Shown here: positions 47,981 to 56,519 of the stretch, piece after piece
How the letters are laid out: each line of letters opens with the position of its first letter
Numbering within the stretch: position 1 is the first letter of the stretch
Source of the DNA: Arcticibacterium sp.
GTDB taxonomy: Bacteria; Bacteroidota; Bacteroidia; Cytophagales; Spirosomataceae
Assembly: GCA_047623945.1 (NCBI GenBank)
Contig: JBLHOT010000012.1
Coordinates: 2,062-66,061, forward strand
DNA: 64,000 nt
Direction: 5' to 3'
Made by a program: the position numbers and the translations under genes
Notes under the pieces: model-generated
What the model saw: the letters and a program-made list of their open reading frames with translations, nothing else
The model's database searches: none
What the model was told of the DNA's origin: nothing

Positions 47981-48847
47981 ATGCAAATTAACGAACTTCA
48001 GGATATCGCTTCTCAGGTTAGAAGAGACATTGTACGCATGGTACATGGTTGTGCTTCTGGTCATCCGGGCGGCTCCTTAGGCTGTACAGATTTGTTGGTG
48101 GCTCTATACTTCCAGCAAATGAAAATCAATAACAGAAAAGGCAAAGGCGGAAATCTTTCTTTTAAGATGGATGGCATAGGTGAAGACTTATTCTTTCTTT
48201 CTAATGGCCATATTTCTCCAGTCTTTTATTCGGTTCTTTCTAGAAGAGGTTATTTTGAAGCTGCCGAAATGGCAACTTTCAGGAAATTAGATACAAGACT
48301 TCAGGGCCATCCTACAACTCACGAAGGCCTTCCAGGAATTAGAGTAGCGTCAGGTTCTTTAGGTCAAGGGATGTCTGTGGCAATAGGTGCGGCACTTTCA
48401 AAAAAACTAAACGGTGACGATAGAAACGTTTTCGTTTTAATGGGAGATGGTGAACAGCAAGAAGGCCAAGTTTGGGAAGCAGCACAGTTTGCCCCACATC
48501 ATAAAGTAGATAATCTAATAGCTATCATTGACTTGAATGGTCAACAAATTGATGGTCCTACAGACCAAGTGATGAACAACCTGGACCTGAAAGCAAAGTA
48601 TAAGGCTTTTGGATGGAGAGTAATGGAAATAGCCGATGGCAACGATATGGAACAAGTGGTGAAGGGATTACGCAAAGCCAAAAGGATTTCTGGCAAAGGA
48701 GTACCTATTATGATTCTGATGAAGACAGAAATGGGAGCTGGTGTAGACTTTATGATGGGAAGCCATAAGTGGCACGGAATAGCCCCAAATGATGAGCAAT
48801 TAGCAGCAGCCTTAGCTCAATTACCTGAAACTATTGGAGATTATTAA
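47981..48847 (+). CDS. Transketolase, N-terminal (TPP-binding) subunit
   Basis: GHPGGSLG, SNGHISP, GSLGQGMSVAIG and GDGEQQEGQVWEA. Confidence 0.9.
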   Translation: MQINELQDIASQVRRDIVRMVHGCASGHPGGSLGCTDLLVALYFQQMKINNRKGKGGNLSFKMDGIGEDLFFLSNGHISPVFYSVLSRRGYFEAAEMATFRKLDTRLQGHPTTHEGLPGIRVASGSLGQGMSVAIGAALSKKLNGDDRNVFVLMGDGEQQEGQVWEAAQFAPHHKVDNLIAIIDLNGQQIDGPTDQVMNNLDLKAKYKAFGWRVMEIADGNDMEQVVKGLRKAKRISGKGVPIMILMKTEMGAGVDFMMGSHKWHGIAPNDEQLAAALAQLPETIGDY

Positions 48848-48862
48848 AATCAGAACATTATC

Positions 48863-49822
48863 ATGAAGAAATATACATATACAGAAAAGCAAGATACGCG
48901 TTCAGGTTTTGGAGACGGCATGACCGAGCTTGGAAGAACTAATCCAAAGGTGGTAACCCTTTGTGCCGACCTCGTTGGTTCTTTAAAAACAGCCACTTTT
49001 ATCAAAGAAAATCCTGAGAGATTCTTTCAAACAGGAATTGCTGAAGCAAATATGATGGGTATCTCTGCTGGTTTAACCATCGGAGGATTCATCCCCTACC
49101 CTACTACTTTTGCGAACTTTGGTTCGGGAAGGGTTTATGACCAAATAAGACAATCAATAGCCTACTCTGACAAAAACGTCAAAATAGCTGTTTCTCATGC
49201 AGGATTAACTCTTGGAGAAGATGGTGCTACGCATCAGATTTTAGAGGACATTGCTATGATGAGAGCTATGCCAAACATGACCGTTATAAATCCTTGTGAT
49301 TATAACCAGACTAAAGCCGCCACTATAGCTCTAGCAAGTCATGTAGGACCTGCTTATTTAAGGTTTGGTCGTCCTAAGGTGCCTATTTTTACGGCAGCAG
49401 ATCAGAAATTTGAAATAGGTAAAGCATGGAAGGTCAATGAAGGAAAAGACGTGAGTATTTTCGCTACGGGTCACCTTGTATGGGAGGCTATTCAAGCCGG
49501 TGAAATCTTAGCAGAAAAAGGTATAGATGCAGAAATTATAAATATCCATACCATTAAGCCTTTGGACGTGGCTGCCATTATCGAGTCTGTTTCAAAGACC
49601 AAATGTGTGGTAACTTGTGAAGAGCATCAGGCCAATGGCGGCCTAGGGGATGCTGTAGCTCAAGTTCTTGCTCAAAATTGCGTAGCTCCTCAGGAATATA
49701 TCGCCGTTAATGATTCATTTGGTGAATCTGGTAAGCCAGAGCAATTAATGAAGAAATATGGTTTGTCTTCTGAGAATATTGTAGAGAAAGCGTTGAAGGT
49801 TATCGGGAGAAAGAATTCATAA
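48863..49822 (+). CDS. Transketolase, C-terminal (pyrimidine-binding) subunit
   Basis: GIAEANMMGISAGL, SHAGLTLGEDGATHQ and LRFGRPKVP, plus a C-terminal domain. Confidence 0.9.
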   Translation: MKKYTYTEKQDTRSGFGDGMTELGRTNPKVVTLCADLVGSLKTATFIKENPERFFQTGIAEANMMGISAGLTIGGFIPYPTTFANFGSGRVYDQIRQSIAYSDKNVKIAVSHAGLTLGEDGATHQILEDIAMMRAMPNMTVINPCDYNQTKAATIALASHVGPAYLRFGRPKVPIFTAADQKFEIGKAWKVNEGKDVSIFATGHLVWEAIQAGEILAEKGIDAEIINIHTIKPLDVAAIIESVSKTKCVVTCEEHQANGGLGDAVAQVLAQNCVAPQEYIAVNDSFGESGKPEQLMKKYGLSSENIVEKALKVIGRKNS

Positions 49823-49837
49823 TAAATTCCTACTTTT

Positions 49838-49876
49838 AAGGGTTTCCTGATGTATGCATTAGGAAACCCTTTTTTT
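49838..49876 (+). terminator. Rho-independent terminator abutting the sigma-factor start codon
   Basis: aagggtttcct (49838..49848) pairs perfectly with aggaaaccctt (49861..49871). A T tract runs to 49876 and ATG 49877 follows directly. Confidence 0.8.
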
Positions 49877-50425
49877 ATGAAAACAGAAGACATCATAAAG
49901 CAATTACTGCTTGACAAAAGTCAGCATGAAGCCGCTTTTCAACTTATACTAAAAGAGTACAAGGAACGCCTTTATTTCCTTATCAGGAAAATAGTGATAG
50001 ACCATGACGATACGGACGACGTCCTGCAAGAGGCGTTTATCAAAATCTGGCGTAATCTAGAAAAATTCAGAGGCGACTCTAATCTTTACACATGGCTTTA
50101 TAGAATAGGAACCAATGAAGCTTTGACTTTTCTAAGAAGAAGAAAAGATGCTAGAAACATATCTATGGATGAAAATCCTGAACTCATGAATATGTTAGAG
50201 TCTGGAAGCAGCACTTCTCACATTTCAGGAAATGACATAGAAATGGCCTTGCAAAAGGCCATATTAGAACTGCCTGAAAAGCAAAGAATAGTCTTTAATC
50301 TAAAGTATTATGAACATCTAAGCTACGATGAGATTGCAGAAATTACCGACACAAGTGTAGGTGGCTTGAAATCCAATTACCATGCGGCTAAAAAGAAAAT
50401 TGAAGCAATTTTAGGAAGTGATTAA
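49877..50425 (+). CDS. RNA polymerase sigma-70 factor, ECF subfamily
   Basis: Region 2: DDTDDVLQEAFIKIWRNLEKFRGDSNLYTWLYRIGTNEAL. Region 4: LPEKQRIVFNLKYYEHLSYDEIAEI. I chose ATG 49877 because the track ATG at 49850 lies in the terminator loop. Confidence 0.85.
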   Translation: MKTEDIIKQLLLDKSQHEAAFQLILKEYKERLYFLIRKIVIDHDDTDDVLQEAFIKIWRNLEKFRGDSNLYTWLYRIGTNEALTFLRRRKDARNISMDENPELMNMLESGSSTSHISGNDIEMALQKAILELPEKQRIVFNLKYYEHLSYDEIAEITDTSVGGLKSNYHAAKKKIEAILGSD

Positions 50426-50455
50426 ACCTTCATGTCTAATTGACATCTAAGTACC

Positions 50456-51076
50456 GTGAAAGATAATAAGAACCAAGACAATCAACATCCATTGCAAATT
50501 GACAAAAACTATTTTGACAATTTGGAAAACACCCTATTGTCAAAAGTTAAAGGAGATAAGTATCATCTTCCTTTAGGTCTTTCTCATCCTTTTATAGCTC
50601 CTGGGGGATATTTAGAGAATCTTGTAGTCAAAAAAGACACTTTCCTTGAATTAGGAGTTGAGCATCCGTATCAAGCTCCGAATGGTTATTTTGAGCAATT
50701 AGAGACCAAAGTATTGTCCCGAACTGCCTTAATTTCAAAGGAAATAAAAAATACTCCTAAGCTTCAAGTAAGCTGGAGAAACTATGCGATGTATGCGAGA
50801 ATTGCTGCGGTAGTACTTATATCAGGTCTTTTTTCATTGTACTTTTCAGAAAATCCCTTAGCAGGGCAAAACGAAGAACTAAGCCTTTCAGCCTTGCATT
50901 CTGACGAAATCCTGAGTTACTTGGAAGAAGAAAATTTAGTTTTTGAAGATTTCACAGAAGTTATCTATTTAGAAACTGATTTTGTAATAGACCAAGACCA
51001 AAAGGTTGGAATTCAGGAATTTACAGAAGACGAATTATTAGAATTGATAGATTTTCAATTCCCAAACGAGATATAA
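50456..51076 (+). CDS. Hypothetical single-pass membrane protein (candidate anti-sigma factor by position)
   Basis: GTG start. Three copies of a [NG]Y[FL][DE]xLE motif (NYFDNLENTLLSKV, GYLENLVVKK, GYFEQLETKVLSR) precede a TM helix (IAAVVLISGLFSLYF) and an acidic C-terminus. The anti-sigma call is positional only. Confidence 0.4.
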   Translation: MKDNKNQDNQHPLQIDKNYFDNLENTLLSKVKGDKYHLPLGLSHPFIAPGGYLENLVVKKDTFLELGVEHPYQAPNGYFEQLETKVLSRTALISKEIKNTPKLQVSWRNYAMYARIAAVVLISGLFSLYFSENPLAGQNEELSLSALHSDEILSYLEEENLVFEDFTEVIYLETDFVIDQDQKVGIQEFTEDELLELIDFQFPNEI

Positions 51077-51077
51077 A

Positions 51078-51545
51078 ATGAAATTCAAAGTACTAGCCAT
51101 TATATTACTATTTTGTGTAAGCCTTGGGGCATTAGCCCAAAATGGTCACTCCGGAAGAAGTGGAGGAAATATGGAAAGAGTAAAGGCAATGAAAGTAGGA
51201 ATCATCACTGAAAAACTTGCCCTTTCTGGAAAACAGGCCCAAGGTTTTTGGCCCATTTATAATAAGTATGAGCACGAAAAGTGGGAACTAAATAGCCAAC
51301 TGAGAACCAAAATGAGATCTCAAAGAGGCCAAGAACTAAATGAAAAACAAGAAATAGCCAAACAGGACGCCATCTTTGAACTCAGGGAAGAAGAATTGGC
51401 CCTTTCTAAGAAATACAGACCGGCATTTCTAAAGGTAATTTCTGCAAAGCAATTCTCTGATTTGGTTTTTGCTGAAAAAGAATTTAACCAAATGCTTTTA
51501 AGGGAGCTTCGTCAAAGAAGAGGTGATAGGAGTTCTGAGAAGTAG
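51078..51545 (+). CDS. Secreted helical protein, Spy/CpxP-like (LTXXQ-type motif)
   Basis: Signal peptide present. KLALSGKQAQGFWPIYNKYEHE resembles the LTXXQ motif. The rest is helical and rich in charged residues. Confidence 0.45.
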   Translation: MKFKVLAIILLFCVSLGALAQNGHSGRSGGNMERVKAMKVGIITEKLALSGKQAQGFWPIYNKYEHEKWELNSQLRTKMRSQRGQELNEKQEIAKQDAIFELREEELALSKKYRPAFLKVISAKQFSDLVFAEKEFNQMLLRELRQRRGDRSSEK

Positions 51546-51567
51546 TTTCTTTCATTAATCGAATTCC

Positions 51568-52036
51568 CTAGTCAGCCAAAACTTCTTTCCACCTATCTGA
51601 TTCGGCAAGCTCTTTTACTACGCCTTCTGTTAAAGTCTGACATGTACTTTTCCAAAAATAGGTTATCTACTAATTTACCTAAAAAGCCGAAAGGCGATTG
51701 GTACTCAAAAATATCAATCATAAGAGTGCCACCTTCCGTTTTTTTAAAGTGGTGCTCGTGCTTAAAACTTTTAAAAGCCCCACTTAGCATTTCATCAACG
51801 AAATAGTCCGGCTCCTTGAATTCAGTTATTTTGGAAGTCAGGTTTTGATAAACCCCAAAATGCTTTGCCCTCCAAGTTACAGATTCTCCCAAACCCATTA
51901 AACCCTTTGTTTTACCAGCTATGGCAGTTTAATTTGTCTGACTTGTAGATTTCTTATGTAAATCGATGCTTCTGGAAAGATCGAAGACAATTTCTCTTTT
52001 CGTAGACACTTTAGTTTGGAGTTCTATTCTTGGCAT
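51568..52036 (-). pseudogene. SRPBCC (START/polyketide-cyclase-like) family gene disrupted by an in-frame TAA and a probable 3' frameshift
   Basis: The minus strand from ATG 52036 reads MPRIELQTKVSTKREIVFDLSRSIDLHKKSTSQTN-TAA(51931..51929)-TAIAGKTKGLMGLGESVTWRAKHFGV... in one frame. After ...LEKYMS the track frame gives an odd basic tail (DFNRRRSKRACRIR). The +1 frame instead gives TLTEGVVKELAESDRWKEVLAD-stop (51570..51568), which looks like the family C-terminus. Confidence 0.6.
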
Positions 52037-52083
52037 CTTGATTTACGCTAACCAAAACAACGTATAATGTTGGAAAATCTTAG

Positions 52084-52539
52084 TTATAATTTAGGAACTA
52101 AAACACCGTCAGCCACAAAGCTCAGAGATATTTCGGGTTCTCTTATTGCTAAGATTTCTTCTTCAGATTTTCCAGCATCTTTTGCGTAATGTCTTAACTC
52201 TTCTACAGACGTAGTACTTACTTCTGGTCTTCCTTTAAATATCACTTTAGTTCCTGCTAAATTCTTAGGGACAAAGAATCCATAGTCCTTAAAAGTAACT
52301 CTCATGGTTTCCCCATTATCTAAATTGACTGTCATCCAACATCCTTTGGCTTGACAAACTGCATTCACTTCACCTTCGACCTGAATGTCGTTCACCTTAT
52401 CAAGATTCATCTTTGTCAACTCAGAGGCTTCGGAAGTCTTTTTTGCCTTAAAATCTTCTCCGAATGAAGCGAAATCTTGAGCCATTGCTCCAAACGAAAA
52501 AAGAAATAAACAAGTTAAAAGTACGTGTATTCGTTTCAT
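52084..52539 (-). CDS. DUF4920 domain-containing secreted protein
   Basis: Signal peptide present. The VCQAKGCWMTV motif is characteristic of DUF4920, judged from memory. Confidence 0.65.
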   Translation of the reverse strand: MKRIHVLLTCLFLFSFGAMAQDFASFGEDFKAKKTSEASELTKMNLDKVNDIQVEGEVNAVCQAKGCWMTVNLDNGETMRVTFKDYGFFVPKNLAGTKVIFKGRPEVSTTSVEELRHYAKDAGKSEEEILAIREPEISLSFVADGVLVPKL

Positions 52540-52561
52540 AATTTGGTTTCGATTTTATTTT

Positions 52562-52569
52562 CAAATTTA
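52562..52569 (-). promoter_or_regulatory. Candidate -7 promoter box
   Basis: The minus strand reads TAAATTTG, 22 nt upstream of ATG 52539. Confidence 0.3.
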
Positions 52570-52626
52570 AGGTTTAATTTTAAAAATTTTATCTGAATCA
52601 AGAAAGTGTTGAGGCTAAGCCGCTGA

Positions 52627-52899
52627 TTAAAACCATTCTATTAACTCGGGGTCCAAATATTTTTCTTTGATTCCAGGATCTGTTTCCAAAAGTTTTCCAG
52701 CCTCGTCTACGGTCGCAGCATTGAGTATAAAAAGACCACTATAAGTCAGGTCATTCTTTCCAAAGGTCACATATACCACAAGCTTCTCTTCCTTCGCCAA
52801 TCCTAAAATATTTAATATAATGACATCCAAGGTCTTCATTTCTTACATCTTCGTTTTATTTGCTGCAGTTTTGAGAATTACAAAAACATAGCTTTTCAT
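52627..52899 (-). pseudogene. Small dimeric alpha/beta-barrel (YciI-like) gene interrupted by an in-frame TAA
   Basis: The minus strand from ATG 52899 reads MKSYVFVILKTAANKTKM-TAA(52845..52843)-EMKTLDVIILNILGLAKEEKLVVYVTFGKNDLTYSGLFILNAATVDEAGKLLETDPGIKEKYLDPELIEWF in a single frame. The ~89-aa whole resembles small Bacteroidota YciI-like proteins. The track shows only the 70-aa downstream piece. Confidence 0.45.
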
Positions 52900-53027
52900 A
52901 CCTTAGCCGTCTGCTCTAAGAGACATCGCTAGTTCAGCATCATAATTTGGATTAAGGTTTTGACACTCGACTAACGAAATCTGTTAAATGAATAAATATA
53001 GTAAACTAAGATTCCCCATATTATTCT

Positions 53028-56000
53028 TTAGTTAAAAACCTCTATCCAACCTTTACAGCTTTCCCCTCCATCTAATTTTAATTCGTAGAAATACGTATCT
53101 GAGTCCACGCCTTTACCCCATGAATTATCATAAGACTTATTTTCATAAATGAGTTTCCCCCAACGGTCATAAATGCCTATTTCAGGGCTTGGAAGACCTA
53201 CCACGAATGTATCATTTTTGCCATCTCCGTTTGGCGAAATGGCGTTTGGGATAATACCGTCCGCATCTGGTACATTCAGTTTTTTTTCTGTCAAAATCTC
53301 ACAGCCTATATCATTCGTCGCTTTTAAGCTTACCGTATACTCTCCAAAACCAGTGAATCTATAATTCTCAGGGACACGGTTCATGACACTATCTTGACCT
53401 TCTAAATACCAGGTAAACGACGGTGAACCTTCCGTTATATTTTCAAAGATTAGATGATAAGGCTCAGCACAGAAGTACTCGAAAGAATAAGTAAAGTCAG
53501 GAGTGAAAGACTTATCTATAAGCACCCCAACTGCCTTAACTGGCTTACAGCCATCCTCATAGAACGCCCTAACATTGTAAGTAGTAGACTCGATTGGCCT
53601 AACTTCAATAGATGGTGCACGTACAGAGTCTGTTCCAGGCCCAGTCCACAAAAAATAATTGGCAGTACCCGACGCATTTAGAGTAAGCAATTTTCCGTCA
53701 CAAGACTTCAGGTTTTCAGTTACCAAAAAATCTGCTTTATCATCAACCACCTGGACTTCTACTTTCTTGGAGACCGAACACATGTCATTACTTATTAGCA
53801 CCTCAAAAACAGTAGTCTCCAAAATCTTAGCAATTGGGTTTTCAATATTAGATTGATCTAAAGGCTCGGTAGGTGACCAACTATAAGACAAGCCACCTTG
53901 AGCTAAAAGTGAGATTTCATCTCCACTGCACACCGAAGTGTCTGGGTTAGTTTCTACATCGAAAGGGATAACTTTGATTTGTCTAAAACTAGAGTCAGAT
54001 TTGGCACAAGTTATTGAATTAAAAGCCTCCAGCTTCAGGGTATAATCCCCAGCAGAATCAAAAGCGTACTCGAAATTTGAGAGACGAGAAAACACTTTGC
54101 CGTCCAAAGTCCATTGATATGTTCTACTTCCTGTACTCATATTTTTAAGCGTAATATCTGTACCAACACACACAACCGCTGGATTAACTTTATCATTATC
54201 AATAATATCAAAATCAGCATTCAACGCATCAATATCCAATTTAAAAGCTGCCATATTACAATTAGAACTTTTATGGTTAGACTCAAATGCATTTAATGTA
54301 GGAAACCCAACAAAACTACCTGAACGGCAGACACAGGCAGAATGATAGATAATTCCATTTTTATCAAAGCGGCACGTACCTCCATCTAAGTGATCTCCGC
54401 GTTCCTCATCTGGATTAGTTGGAGCCTCGGAACCAAAATATGTACCATAAAGAAACGACCGAGCCTCTGCCTCAAAAATACCGAAGTAGAAGCTACTACC
54501 AGAAGTTTCTGGCTTATAGGCATCAATAGAAACAGGAAGCCCACAGGTAGTGCTGTTTCTGTTATAACCTCCGTTTTGATTGACTTTGCCTCCCCATCCA
54601 GCGACATAAATATTCCCACAGCTGTTTACTAAAAAAGCAGTGGGTACCAAATCCACCATACCCACCTCTCTGCTTGAACCAAATACTGTAGAAAACCGAG
54701 TTTCTGATAAACTACTATTTAAACTATGGATAAACTGTCCACTTCTAGGGTTTTGGTATACCGTTCCTTTAATCGGATAATCACCTAAAGTCAACCCAAA
54801 TACATATGCATTACCGGCCTCATCTAAATCTAATAAACTACCTATATCATCTTCAACGGTTCCTAAATAGGTCAGACTCTGTTTAATTCCATTCTTGTAT
54901 TTGGCAATAAAGGCATCTGACCCGCCCAAAAGCTGCCTTTCTAAAGCCAAAGGCGTAGTAGCTAAATCCGTACTTCTGGTAGTACCGAGTACAAAAACCT
55001 CCTTACTCTCTGTTACTCGTATACCGTAGCCAGCGTCATAGCTTCTCCCCCCTAAATAGGTACTCCATATTAGTTCGGATACATTACTATTTAACTGAAA
55101 TACAACAGCATCATGAACACCCTTTAAGCCTTCAGTGTTTCCAGTTGTTGGAAAATCCACCGATTCTGTAATAGAAGCCACATAAATATCATCCTCCGGC
55201 CCCACGTATACTTCTCCTCTGAATTCATCTCCATAATTCGTTATTTCGAAGTTTCTAAAATCATGTAATCCATCGTTTTCACTACCTCCCATGTATGTAC
55301 TCCCTTTCAGTGAACTACCATCCGGAGCAAGCACCGAAACAAAAATATCTGTACCAAATTCAAAAGAAATCCCCGAAGTAACGGGTGCACGTGCAATAAG
55401 GCTCGTCCCTGCCTTAAAACCTCTTTGGTAAGCAGTACTGGTCACTGGAAAGTCCATGGAAGAAGTCGTTCCAAAAATCACTAGCTCCCCCTTAGAATTA
55501 CAAATCAGACTATGCGGTACCTCAGACTGACCCCCACCTAAAAAAGTAGCGTACAGTAATTCCTGCCCATCTGGGCTATACTTCATTATGACAATATCTG
55601 TGTTAAGGTTCCTAGAGTCATTGCTAGTTCCCTCACTCAAAAGCTGAAATGAACCATCTGTTACTGGAAATTTTGGCCCAAAAACCGTCCCGCCTGCGTA
55701 TAGATTACCGCCATCATCAAAGGTGGCAGTGTGACTCCAATTGTCTGAAGTAGAGCCGCTGTAAGTCGAAAACACCAATTCTGGATCTATAATGAGGTCT
55801 AAACTTGTATCATAATCCTCAATCTCAAAAGACAGATTTTCTTTTTCTAAAACAAACTGAGAGTTTACCGTTTTCTTGCTCTTACCGTTATTTTGATAAG
55901 TAAAAGGAGCAAATTCCTTAAACGCATTTATCTTGGTTCTAAAGTTTAGATCACCGTTGGATAGACTCATTTCCTCATGGCCTTTATACTTTAACTTTAT

Positions 56001-56519
56001 GTCTGATGGATCCCCTTTAGGATGAACTAGATATTCATATTTTAATGCCTCACCAATGCTGTAGAGTCTAAAATCAATGCCTTCATAAATGTTTTTTAGC
56101 CAGACTTCCTCGTAGGCCCCGGCGTCCGAAACCCACTTCTTTTCATCTGATCCATAAAAGAAGTTGTATGCTTGCTTTTGCCGTTTAAGAGGTTCAGAAT
56201 TTGGCACGTATGCATTTAAGAAATCGAGAGAAACTACCTGAGTTTGAATGTCCGAAAGACTCTTTCTTAGATTACCATTGTCAGAAATACCTGCATGGAC
56301 TTGATTGGCCATTTTAGTGTCATAAAAGAAATAATCTAGGCCCGTATTTTTTACGAATACATATCCACCAGGAATGTCAGATCTAAAAAGGATTTCCTGA
56401 GGCCATTGGCCTTTATTTTCAATAAACAAAAATTTGGATGGAGCCCTTTGAGCAAATGTCAATAAGGGCATTATAAAGAGAACTAGTAGCTTTCTTAATT
56501 TACGCGACTTTAAAGTCAT
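53028..56519 (-). CDS. Large T9SS cargo protein: SBBP/beta-propeller repeats, PKD-like Ig domains and a gliding-motility-type (type B) C-terminal sorting domain
   Basis: The C-terminal IPNAISPNGDGKNDTFVV...IYDRWGKLIYE...YFYELKL is the CHU_C / T9SS type B signature. Several PKD-like modules sit upstream, and the N-terminal half has propeller-like repeats. I prefer ATG 56519 (MTLKSRKLRKLLVLFIMPLLTFAQ signal peptide). ATGs at 56537 and 56564 are also in frame. Confidence 0.8.
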   Translation of the reverse strand: MTLKSRKLRKLLVLFIMPLLTFAQRAPSKFLFIENKGQWPQEILFRSDIPGGYVFVKNTGLDYFFYDTKMANQVHAGISDNGNLRKSLSDIQTQVVSLDFLNAYVPNSEPLKRQKQAYNFFYGSDEKKWVSDAGAYEEVWLKNIYEGIDFRLYSIGEALKYEYLVHPKGDPSDIKLKYKGHEEMSLSNGDLNFRTKINAFKEFAPFTYQNNGKSKKTVNSQFVLEKENLSFEIEDYDTSLDLIIDPELVFSTYSGSTSDNWSHTATFDDGGNLYAGGTVFGPKFPVTDGSFQLLSEGTSNDSRNLNTDIVIMKYSPDGQELLYATFLGGGQSEVPHSLICNSKGELVIFGTTSSMDFPVTSTAYQRGFKAGTSLIARAPVTSGISFEFGTDIFVSVLAPDGSSLKGSTYMGGSENDGLHDFRNFEITNYGDEFRGEVYVGPEDDIYVASITESVDFPTTGNTEGLKGVHDAVVFQLNSNVSELIWSTYLGGRSYDAGYGIRVTESKEVFVLGTTRSTDLATTPLALERQLLGGSDAFIAKYKNGIKQSLTYLGTVEDDIGSLLDLDEAGNAYVFGLTLGDYPIKGTVYQNPRSGQFIHSLNSSLSETRFSTVFGSSREVGMVDLVPTAFLVNSCGNIYVAGWGGKVNQNGGYNRNSTTCGLPVSIDAYKPETSGSSFYFGIFEAEARSFLYGTYFGSEAPTNPDEERGDHLDGGTCRFDKNGIIYHSACVCRSGSFVGFPTLNAFESNHKSSNCNMAAFKLDIDALNADFDIIDNDKVNPAVVCVGTDITLKNMSTGSRTYQWTLDGKVFSRLSNFEYAFDSAGDYTLKLEAFNSITCAKSDSSFRQIKVIPFDVETNPDTSVCSGDEISLLAQGGLSYSWSPTEPLDQSNIENPIAKILETTVFEVLISNDMCSVSKKVEVQVVDDKADFLVTENLKSCDGKLLTLNASGTANYFLWTGPGTDSVRAPSIEVRPIESTTYNVRAFYEDGCKPVKAVGVLIDKSFTPDFTYSFEYFCAEPYHLIFENITEGSPSFTWYLEGQDSVMNRVPENYRFTGFGEYTVSLKATNDIGCEILTEKKLNVPDADGIIPNAISPNGDGKNDTFVVGLPSPEIGIYDRWGKLIYENKSYDNSWGKGVDSDTYFYELKLDGGESCKGWIEVFN

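Noticed and set aside
47981-49822. Transketolase split into two ORFs, considered as a possible frameshifted pseudogene
   Set aside because: The two ORFs are cleanly separated by a 15-nt spacer. Each has a proper start and each corresponds exactly to the N-terminal TPP-binding part or the C-terminal pyrimidine-binding part. Two-subunit transketolases are a well-known natural arrangement.
51929-52845. Stop-codon reassignment or programmed read-through of TAA, suggested by the two in-frame TAA codons
   Set aside because: TAA is the ordinary terminator of many clearly complete genes in this window (for example at 5075..5077, 6119..6121 and 41720..41722). One of the two interrupted genes also carries a frameshift. 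Pseudogenisation or sequence error is the simpler explanation.
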